From Intoshia linei (lineage: Eukaryota > Animalia > Orthonectida), in the NCBI GenBank assembly GCA_001642005.1, contig LWCA01000260.1, positions 1-35,768 of the forward strand: DNA of 35,768 bases, given 5' to 3'. The notes under the pieces were generated by a model. That model was given only the letters and a program-made list of their open reading frames with translations, ran no database searches and was not told the DNA's origin. Both the position numbers and the translations under genes were made by a program. Positions 12,636 through 22,844 of the stretch are shown piece by piece (position 1 is the first letter of the stretch; every line of letters begins with the position of its first letter).

Positions 12636-12758
12636 GCCCTCATGAATTGCCACTATGACCATAATTTTGATATTGAAAGTTTGGTTAATGAATTGGCAAT
12701 ACTTTATCCAAGAAGATTGGACCTAATTGATTTAGGATTATTATCATTTGTACTATGA
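12636..12758 (+). pseudogene. C-terminal remnant of a ZMYM1/THAP12(P52rIPK)-type hAT transposase
   Basis: ALMNCHYDHNFDIESLVNELAILYPRRLDLIDLGLLSFVL* resembles the hAT dimerisation tail LALLHIHYD..ID...V..FA..HPRR.L. It begins exactly at the Buster TIR. Confidence 0.65.
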
Positions 12759-13129
12759 AATTGTGTTGGTTAAATTTTCAACACACCTTGAGTACAAATT
12801 ATACTACATATTATAATTTTAATCTCTATAGAAAATATTTATCCAATTTTTACGATGTACAAATTTATTCTAATTGAATTTTATTATAAGTTTGAAATTT
12901 TGTACTCATGTTTTTTAAAGATAGATTTTGACAGATAATTTATTATTGACATTTTATATAAATATTGAATATGAACTATGATATGATATCGAACTTAAAT
13001 CATAAAAATGTTAATAAATAAAAATATAATTTTTTTAAATTTTAACGTCATTGACGCTACGCCACTGATAAAATAAAGACAATATAAAATTTTATTTAAA
13101 TACACACATAATATATTGAGATAATACGT

Positions 13130-13765
13130 TCAATTACAAAGGCCAATAACTCCACATGCTATCCTCGATCCAGCGTGGCCCGTTATTTTTGAATCATCAA
13201 ATCCACCTAACCCAAAATCGTCAGCATCAGCATGTAACTAAATAAAGAGAGAAAGAGTAGAGAGTAAACTAAATAGTCGACAATACTTGTGTAAAATGAA
13301 AATACCACTAAAGTTCTTCCAATAATAGAATGTTCTCCATCCAATTTAATCAAGCTATCCTCCATGACTTGACGAATGTACGTTTTAACACCATCTTTAA
13401 CGCATTTCACGTTTCCTAGGTCCCCAATGTGTCTATTTTTTATGTCACATTTTTGGTCACCATGATCGACATTTAAAGGGTTATAATGACCACCAGAACT
13501 TGTACAACCTAACAATTAAATATTAGTTTGATTTTAAAATAGTTTACCATTTCTACTGTCTCCATATTCATGAATATGCAAACCATGTTGTCCAGGTTTC
13601 ATGGTATTATCGTCGCAACATTCGATTTCTACCTGTACTTCTACGACTTGATTAATCTATGTTAAATGTTTAATTTTTATAAAATATGAAATATACCGAT
13701 TTAAATGTAACTGTACCAGTTATAGAATCATTCTTTGAATTTGCCAATACACAAACCGCTTTCAT
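13130..13765 (-). CDS. SOD1: Cu/Zn superoxide dismutase (162 aa, 4 exons)
   Basis: Exons 13697-13765, 13548-13656, 13306-13508 and 13130-13237 (introns 40, 39, 68 bp, all GT-AG). [65 protein letters not shown]. Metal ligands, catalytic Arg and disulfide Cys are all present. No signal peptide, so cytosolic. Confidence 0.96.
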
Positions 13766-14300
13766 TTTTGTATACTTTCTTTAATATATTGTGAATAAAT
13801 GAAGTTTTTAAGTATGCATACGTTTTTAACTTCATTTTTTAATTTTTATGGTAACTTTGTCTATGAGTCACAGACAGAGTCTGTCTGGCAAACTGTAACA
13901 GACATTGACTATTACATATTGTATAATTATGAATTATATACACATGTTATGTATAATTATACAATTCAATTGTATATTGACTTTTGCAATCGTTATTTTT
14001 ATTATTTTTTCAACAATAAGGTTATGCTAGCAATCGATAGGAGTATGTTTGCAATCAATATCATTTTATTATGGAAATGTTAACATTGTGATTAAATTAA
14101 AGCTTGACTCTCGGCAGATCTAGCTACGGTTTGTACGACGGATCTACATAACTGAAAGCGAGTTTATCATGATTCATGACATAAATTTTAATTGAATCTT
14201 GTTATTCAAAATCTAAATCAAGTGTTTGATTGATGATAAATGCACAATAAAACACGTTTAAAACATTTTCACACTATTTTGCGTAGATAATTAAATAAAT

Positions 14301-17300
14301 ATGAACGAAAGCGGAAAAAGGGACGATACACTTAAATGGATAAAAGATATTAAAAAAATTAAAGTTTTATCAACATACGAGGACAATGCTTGTTTGTTTG
14401 CAAATGAGAAAAATAGTTTGATAAAATTTGTCCATATAATTGTGATAAAGAGAAATCGAAATCTCAACAATTTCGAAAAAATATTACGTTATGTAATTTT
14501 GCTTAGAAGTAAAAAGAATAAAGTAAAATATGAATGCAAAATTGGAGGGGTAGGCATTATGTATATTAATTTTTAATTTTTAGAAAAGAATGGTTAAATT
14601 GATTAAAAAGACGTTTATGCAATCTAAAGATGGATTTCGAAGCAAGGTGAAGCATTTTGATGAAGATGATATTGGATTTAAATTGAAAGATTCATTTATT
14701 ATTGATGGGCTAAATGAATGCATGAAAAATTGTAATATTACTAAATACACGAAAAAGAATAATTATTTTGATGTTATGGATCTTTTGAATTATCAAAAAA
14801 GCATGCACAATTTTATAATTCATACGGCAAAACACAAAGAAAGACAAGGCAAAAACTCCATTACTTTTGTCAAATATGATGAAACGGAAATTTGTCCGAG
14901 TAATTTAAAAATGAGTGATTTACGTTTTCCTATATCCGTATCTTCAAATGAAAAAAAGTTGACAAATGCAAAAAATTTTCAAAAAACAGACAAATCTCTA
15001 AAATGGCAAAAAAATAATAAAAATGATGAAATGTTTAAACAAGGTTTGATAGGAATGAAAGGACTAAATAGGGACAATTTATATTTTAAAAAACCATGCT
15101 TTCAAAATCAACCGTATTTTAATAATGATAGAACAAATCAATATACGGGAAGGGAATTCAATCCCATTATAGATATGAGATTTATAAGTAAGAATGGAAC
15201 TGCATCTCTTTATCGTCAAATTTTTCAAAATGGCATTGTTCAATATTTTGAATATGATGAATTGACTGGATATAGTCGAATTATTCAGACAGCCGTACCA
15301 AAATTTGATCAGCACGATATGCCAAATTTGAATAAGGGAAATACTAAAAAAAAATTTAAAAATTTTTCAAACTTTACAAGTGGAAATTTTGATTTAATGA
15401 AAAGCAGAAATTTTTTTAGGTAAAAGTTTTTTATTGTACGTTTGGCTATTATTTAAACATTTTTTTTTAAAATCGAAATTGCTTAGCAATTATTAAAAAC
15501 ACAACGAATGAATTTATGAGATTGAAACCCATTTTTTTGATTACAAATATTTATATAGTCAATTCTCATTTTTTTTAAAATTGTAGGATTAATATTTTTA
15601 ATTTTAATTGAAAAATTTGAAAAATATTGTTTGATAATACAGTGGTTGTCAATTTAAAGCACACTTTTTTGGTAGATTTAAAAGGAAAAAAATATTAATT
15701 TCAACATTAAATACTAAATGGATACATTTCTTATATTGCGGGTACTCTATTTCCTATGTAAATGTGAATTCTCAAATTTTAACAATTTTGAAGGGTTAAA
15801 AATAAAGAACATCTTAATTTTAAACCACAATAATTATTGCTAGTTTTATTTTTCATATACATTATTTCTAGAAAATCTGGAAAACATTAAATTTAAAGCA
15901 CACATTCGATTTAAAGCACGCTATTTTTTAGAAAGCTGTGGTTTAAATCGACAACCACTATATATCAAGTTATTTTCAGTCGGAAATTTGTAGATTAATG
16001 TATAATTGTGGAGATAAATAATTTGTATGAGCTGTATTTTTTTTTAATTTTAGAACTATTATGGTAATTTTCATTTTTTAAAAAAAGGGTAATCTGATGT
16101 TTTGATTGTGAAAATTCAAATTTTTGGCGTTTCGATTAATTATCTCAAAATGTATGTTTTATACAATTCTATGACTTTTTTGATTTTGAAAAAAATTATT
16201 AATTTGTGGTTTTAATATAAAGATGAAGTTTCTGAGATTGAGGTTTAAGACAATGTTAATGACTTTAAAACTCGTCCCACAATATATTATTTTTTTTAAA
16301 TTTTATGGTAAATTTTATTTTTACAATAAGTAAAATTGAGTTTTTAATCTTGAAGGACTTATTTTACCATACTGCATGACTCTCTAAACACCATATTATA
16401 ATTTGGGCTTTTTAAATTCAAGGACTGTTAATTTTTTAAATAAACGGTAAACAAAAACACATACAGACAGATTTAATTTTATATGTAAGTAAATGCCTCA
16501 AATTATAATATACAATGTACATTAGGGCCGTGAATTTTAGTACTTTTTTGGAAATATTATGGTCCAAGAACGGGTAAAGTCGCGTATTACAGTTTCATGG
16601 TTACAGTGAAAAAAAATTTCGGTAGAATTTTTAGCGGTACACAAGAAACTGTAGATAAGTCAATTTTCATACTATAAAAATTATATATTATAATGTATGA
16701 ACATATCTTTTGCCAAACTGCGAAAGGGAATCTTCAGAATATTTTTTTATCAAATCTTAAAGTGACCAAATTTAACCAAACTTATGACGGAAATTTTCAA
16801 ATTATTCTTTTTATTAAACCTTAAAAGAGATCATTTTTTAAGATTTAAGAATTTTGAGGGGAAATTTTCAGATTATTTTTTTACCAAACAGTAGATGGAA
16901 ATTTCACATTTTTTTACCAAACCTTAAATAGGAGGGTTTTAACGATTTTTTTTGGTCAAGCCCTTAACGGAGATTTTCAAATTAATATTTTTACCAAAAA
17001 GTAGAAGGAAATTTCAGATTTTTTTTACTAAGCCTTGAAGAGGAGGTTTTGAAGATTTTTTTAATTTAGACCTTAAATAGAAATTTTCAGATTATTTTTT
17101 TAAATAACGGTAGAACTGAATTTAAGACTATTTTTTTTACCAAACCTTAAAGGGGATGTTTTTAAGATTTTTTTACGAATCATTATAGTGAAAATTTTTG
17201 TAAGATTTTTTTAACCAAGCTATTGTAGGAAAAATTTTTAAAAATAATTTAAAAATTTTCCTTCAAGGTTTGAATTTTAACGAAATATATTGAAAATTCC

Positions 17301-17767
17301 CTTTGTCAGTTTGGTTAAAAATATGTTCATAATATATAATTTTTATTTTATGAAAATTAAGCCTTATTTACCAAAAATTGGAGTTGCTTGCCATTTTAAA
17401 AATTCCATATAAAAATATTCTACGAAAAATTAACATATCACTTTATTTATTTGATTGAATGTTATGATGAAAATGAAAATCAGTGTCTATCACCCCTGTC
17501 CTAGTGTGCAAATAAATTTAATATGCGAGTTGTTTTAACGTCTCCATTAAACATGTACTTATTTTTGTAAATAGAGACACAATTGAAAATATGGCAAAAA
17601 AATCGGCAAATGGTGGAAATGTAAATAAATCTAAAAGTAATGTGGACGATGAAGAATTGGCTGATGAGTCTATTAATATCATTGATATGAATGTTTCAAA
17701 AAGTGAAAAATGTAATAATAAAATTCTTAATAGTAGTAGAGCTAGTGCAACTCAAACCGATTCATAA
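14301..17767 (+). CDS. Hypothetical K/N-rich protein (~425 aa, 3 exons), no recognised family
   Basis: Exons 14301-14549 and 14584-15419 are joined by a 34-bp GT-AG intron. A probable third exon 17575-17767 follows: phase-2 donor AG|GTAAAA at 15420 and acceptor TAG at 17572-17574 give RDTIENMAKKSANGG...ATQTDS*. If the second splice is unused the ORF stops at 15423 (362 aa). Confidence 0.7.
15480..16260 (-). mobile_element. Diverged Helitron family A copy interrupted by a MITE
   Basis: 15480-15639 and 15961-16260 align with 26220-26750 once the MITE is removed (AAAATATTGTTTGATAATA|TATCAAGTTATTTTCAGTCGGAAAT versus AAAATATTGGTTAATAATATATTAAAAATTATTTTTCACCGGGAAT). Boundaries approximate. Confidence 0.6.
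15640..15960. mobile_element. pogo/Tigger-like (Tc1/mariner superfamily) MITE, 321 bp
   Basis: TIRs CAGTGGTTGTCAATTTAAAGCACA and TGTGGTTTAAATCGACAACCACTA, TA on both sides, internal repeats of ATTTAAAGCAC. Confidence 0.85.
16654..17368. mobile_element. Foldback-like element with ~90-bp inverted arms and an internal ~35-bp tandem array
   Basis: 16654-16745 is an imperfect inverted repeat of 17283-17368 (TATGAACATAT.TTT..CCAAACTG..AAAGGGAAT.TTCA). It encloses about 14 degenerate units of the form TTTTTTACCAAACCTTAAA.GGA..TTTT.AGATT. Confidence 0.75.
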
Positions 17768-17779
17768 ATTATTAAATAT

Positions 17780-20700
17780 TTATTTTACAGTTTTTTTGTA
17801 ATTAATTTCACTCCAAAAATCCCATAATGCTTTAATTATATCTGTAGTTACAATGTCTGTTGAATTTTTAGAAATCATGAATAATATAAAAATTCCATCA
17901 CATTTTAAATAATTTGTAACAAAATCTTCCAGTTGGTTTGTGTATTTGACCCCTTTTTCAATGTATCCAATTATTCGCAAATTTCGTTTTATATATCCCA
18001 ATCGAGAATTTTTGCAGTATATCTAGAATTTATAATATACATTTATTAAATTGTTCAATTAAAAAAATGAGGCCACCATTTTATAACATTGTAAGTAATC
18101 AGATACACGCTGTTAATATTTGATAGCTATTGTTTTATTACCAAAGTTAAAATTTTTAGCAGTGGTCAGTTTGATATTTAATACCACTGCAGTGCATTGG
18201 GTAGTACCGTTTTTAGAAATATTTTTTTAATACATAAAGGGATTCAATGTGTTAAATAATTGATTAAACACGTTTTGTTTATGAGACCTCAGTTGGACTT
18301 TGACACGACACAGATTCTCGACCTTAATAGGAACGTAAGAATACCGGTTATTATTAATTTATAATTGTATATTAATTACCCAATTAATCCAATAAAATAT
18401 ACTTGCAATAGTAAACATTAAAACTAGCATTATCCAGATCCAAAGAAAAATGAAAATTTTTTCGTTAAATATATTAATAGGTAAAACGCATTGTATCTGA
18501 AAATTTTAAATTTATATTTCTATCTACATTTGTATATGATTTATAAATTATTAATAATATACAGGCTAATTCTTATTTAACGGAATTCCATGAAATTTTA
18601 ATAACTAGCATCATAATTATAATAAATTCTATTTTAAAAGCTTTAAATACGTGAAACATTTTATTTCCTGTCTTAAAATACAATTTACATACTAAAAATA
18701 AAAATATAACAGAAAATAATAAATTAAATTTTTGATATAATTTTAAAAAGCAAACATCTCACAGTGGTCGTTGTCTGCCGACATAATACTAATTAATAAT
18801 AAAATTTATAAAATGATTAAAGCTATCAATATAATTAATAACGAAATTTACTGTGTGCTTTTGTAGAGTGCCCATTTGTCTAATATAAAAATCGCACAAT
18901 GTTTGCAATGGAAATATTGGTTCAATGTCTTCATAGTCGTTTTGTAATGTAAGCTTGTATAATCTTGTCATAATGTGAATATTTGTTGTTCCCAGAAAGG
19001 TACACATTAATGTATATTGAAAAATTGAATTTACAATGTAAATCAGCTATAGAGTTAAATAATTAGTAAAAAATGCGAAGACGCATTTATCCTCAGTGAG
19101 GATTCCTCACTAATATACTCATGTAAGTAACAGTTGATAAAAATGTCTGTATTTAATTATTTATTGAGAAAACTGACATTCCGAAAAAATTAAATTCCAA
19201 TTCTATATGATGTAGAAAGTAAGATATATTTCAAATTCAGAAATTGGCTTGAACAGCCAAAACCCTAAATTACTTTTTTTTAAAAAATGAACTGAGACTT
19301 AGAATTTAAAAAAACAAATTTAAAGGACGTACATTCTCTAGAAAAGTGGTTTCCAAAATGGGCAATATCGTGCACCAGGGGGCGATTTTAAAAAATAATA
19401 ATAAAATAAAAAGAAAATTTTTTTCAAGCTGGCATGTTTCAAATTAAAAAAATAATTTGCTAAAAAGGGGGCGGTAAACAAAATTAGTTTGGGAACCCCT
19501 GCTCTGATCAAATCTGCTCAAATCGATATTGATTAAAGCGGTGTATTGTTAGAGCGATACATTTTCGAGCGACATAATCATCGATTTTACTAATTTATCA
19601 TATTATTGCTATTTTCACGCAATTTTTGAGGATTTCTATATGAAAAAATTTTATGAAAAAGTCAAAAAATGGCTTAAAACCCTATTAAATCTTGGACCAA
19701 AATTATCATTAAAATATATAAAAATAGGGTGAAAAAAATTCCCTTAAAAACCCTACCAAATTTTGGTCCCAAAATAGGGTTACAACATTAAGTTATCCTT
19801 AACCCGAATTTTTGAGCAAATCTCAAAATTTGGCGAAAGCGCAGTGAAGCATGTTCTTTTTTTTGTTATTTAAAAAATTTTTTGGGAGCCCTCTTTTACT
19901 TTGACGTCTCTTTTTCAAAAAATAATAACAGTTTACACACAATTTTTATTATAAGATTAACCTGATACCTGATGATTTTGATTGAAATATTTAAATTACC
20001 CTGAAAAATATCACTTAACCCTGAGCCCTGAATCAAATTTGAAAACCCGAAGTGTCAGGGGAAAAATAACGCAATTGGCAACCCTTTTCCTAAGTTATCT
20101 TCAAAATATTTCAAAATTGGGTTAATAAATTCCTATAAAAACCATACCAAATTTTTGTCCCAAAATTATCTTTAAAATCTTTTAAAATAGGGTTTACAAA
20201 AATTTGATTAAAAAATAAATAATATGATTAATTATCAAAATCTATAATAATGTCGCTCTAAGATGTATCGCTTAACATTACATCACTCAAATGAATGTTG
20301 TTCAGCTGAATGTTTTCCAATTTAAAATTACTATATTAAATATTGTTTGCACTTTTTTATCAGGGGTTATTCATGACTCATGAGTGACAATTTAGCACGA
20401 AGGAGAGCCAATTTTGAATACAAAATAGTATTGTTCTATTTCACTTCTATCACTTAATATTTATAATTTAAACAACAAAAATGTATCTTTTTAATTATTG
20501 TTTAATTTTTTTTTCAGATTTCCATAGGGGCCAAAGGCCCCACGTTGGATAATTTCTAGTCTAGGGCTATATGATATTATGCATCGTTTGCAAAACTATT
20601 TTTGGGACCTATGTTTCATTTTCCGTGGCCACGAATTAGGTAGATTCCACTCTGGTCACATTTATGAATTTTTGAGGTTTATCTTTGATAGTTAGCATTG

Positions 20701-21378
20701 AAAATGAAAATAAACCTTGGAGCAAATATATATGGAAATGAGATAATTGCCATTTTTCTTATGAAAAATTATTGAATGTTTAAAAAGGATTTTACATAAA
20801 GTAAATCCACATTTACTTTCATGTTTATGCTGATAAATTAGAAAATGATCAATGTGTCGAATGACATATTCAATAGTTTTATCCCTTCTTTCTCTATACA
20901 AAGCATTCTGTATTGATTCTGCAGCTTCAATAAGATTTGGTATATTTATTCCCGAATGATCAGCAGTTTTACGCCAAATGTAACATGGTAGATAAAACAT
21001 GACGCATTGTATTAATAGAAAAATTGGTATCCATTGATAATATCCAATGTTTACTAAAAATACATGAAATTGATCAGTTAAAATGAAAATACGTTTGAAT
21101 TGATAATTACTGCCGGCTATGGCATGTAGGGGTAAGTAATAGGTATTTTTTATCCAACAAATTTTATTTGTAAATTCCTGATGACTTGATGTAAAAATAG
21201 CTGGACACCAGCATTGTATCGGATTTCCAACATATTGAGTAGTCGACACGATACCACTAAAAACTATCAAAAATCCAACAGTGTATCGGTGAGATAATCT
21301 ATCGGCAAAATCATCATCTGCACGGGAATTGAATGATGTAAAGGATATTACATTGTTCAACAAATTCCCGACAAACAT
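17780..21378 (-). CDS. inx: Innexin (gap junction protein), 392 aa, 5 exons
   Basis: Exons 21093-21378, 20716-21053, 18852-19046, 18380-18496 and 17780-18022, all GT-AG and in frame. Motifs [77 protein letters not shown]. Confidence 0.96.
19344..19501. mobile_element. Charlie/Buster-type hAT MITE (158 bp) in an innexin intron
   Basis: TIR-like ends AAGTGGTTTCCAAAAT and AGTTTGGGAACCCCTG, subterminal GGGGGCG motifs, flanks CTCTAGAA and CTCTGATC (decayed TSD). Confidence 0.65.
19510..20315. mobile_element. Foldback/long-TIR non-autonomous element in an innexin intron
   Basis: AGCGGTGTATTGTTAGAGCGATACATTTTCGAGCGACATAATCATCGATTTT is an imperfect inverted repeat of AAATCTATAATAATGTCGCTCTAAGATGTATCGCTTAACATTACATCACT. 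Internal repeats AAATTTTGGTCCCAAAAT and AAAATAGGGT. Confidence 0.7.
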
Positions 21379-21593
21379 TTCAATTATGTAAAGATATTTA
21401 TTTTAAAATTATTAAACATTAAACATTTAATTAATGCACCAAATGCTGATGTATCAAACTACACTTTGGATTGATAGCGCAATTGTTTCAACGTTATTCA
21501 TCGATAAATTTTCAATGGAAGTGTCTTTCTATTGTACATGTGTATCAAAATTATAAAAATATAATTTAATATGCATGACATATTAAATATACA

Positions 21594-22078
21594 CAGAGAT
21601 GTCTTAAGCCCCTTCGTGGCCCTGGGCTAAGCATAGGACCGGAGCCCTTTTAAAGTTTTGAGCGAAGCGATAAAAAAAATTTAGGGCCCCTTTTTAGAAG
21701 CCCCTTTGTTGAAAATTAATAAGGGGATATCAAAGATTTCCTACTTTCTTTCTTGAATATTCACTTAATAGAACGGATTTAATATTATCATTTGAAACAG
21801 TTATTATGTCAATATTATATGATGAACATTGTAGAATATATTTTAATTTGAATATTTACCAGAACTTTGATTCTTTAAATTATTTTCTTTTTAGTTATTT
21901 GAATTGCCACACTTCAAAACTTATAAATTGTTTTTTAAGATATAAATGTGAAGTATTTTTTAATAGATTGAGGCCTTTTTTTAAGATATAAGTGTAAAGT
22001 ACTTTTATTAATTTGGGCATTTTTTAATGAGTTGCCCTGGGCTACAGCCCATATTGCCCATGCCTTAAAACGGCTCTA
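21594..22078. mobile_element. hAT-type MITE (485 bp)
   Basis: TIRs CAGAGATGTCTTAAG and CTTAAAACGGCTCTA, 8-bp TSD AATATACA / GATATACA (7/8), subterminal GCCCTGGGCTA near both ends. Confidence 0.8.
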
Positions 22079-22844
22079 GATATACACCCGGTAGTCCAGA
22101 CTTTGGATTCCAGGCACCAGTAAAATATCGAAAATTTACAACTTTTTAGCATATAAAAATAATTATTTCTTCCCCGTTACAGTTCGGTTTAACCGCCGAT
22201 TTCCTAATGCAGATTCGTCAGCCACCAACTGGAAAAATTTGAAAAAAAGTTACTAAAAGCATAAAAAAAGTAAATTTGTAGTAATATTTTCGTAATTTTT
22301 CTAGTCCATTAGATTTTAAGTGGTACCCCAAAATTTTAAAATTTTAAGAGGAATTCATCCATTAAATTGGATTAAAATTAAAAAAAATGAGATGAAAATT
22401 ATTTAAGTTAAATTAAAATTCATATGTCAATAATGTGCTCAATTTTTTAGCCCAGTGATGGGAATGACGAAATTTTTGGTTGTACAATGGAAATTTGGTG
22501 GGGCCTGGAAAATATTACGAATTTATAGGATTATGAAAACTTAAGATTAATTTATTGTTATTATTAGAGAATTATATAGAAAATATTTCATTTTTTTACG
22601 AGTGAAAGTGGGTCCTAGCATAAAAAAGATTTGGAAACACTGGTTTAGCCTAAACCCATCATATACACCATAAGAACAGCAACCAAGCCAAAGTGACATG
22701 GTATCAATTTCAATAAATGCATTTGGGAGAGAGTAAATAAGGAAATACTAGAACGTTTAACAAATATAAAACACATCTTGATAATGCTAAACAAACTAAA
22801 CTACAATGTTCATAAAAATCATTTATTAACAAATATAAAAAATT

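Noticed and set aside
14101-14165. Structured ncRNA or tRNA in a GC-richer patch
   Set aside because: Only short stems (AGATC/GATCT) and no tRNA, snRNA or Sm-site pattern. An Infernal/Rfam search would be needed.
16700-17230. CRISPR-like array (~36-bp period)
   Set aside because: Units are degenerate with no unique spacers or cas genes, sit within inverted arms, and the context is eukaryotic.
17655-17700. Hammerhead ribozyme core (CTGATGAG)
   Set aside because: No stem II plus GAAA arrangement, and it lies in a probable coding exon.
20361-20560. Possible hAT MITE (CAGGGGTTATTCA ... TGGATAATTTCTA)
   Set aside because: The TIR match is weak and no TSD is present.
22626-22650. Lone Buster-like right TIR (TTTGGAAACACTG|GTTTAGCC)
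   Set aside because: No matching left end or boundary could be defined, so it is not listed as a feature.
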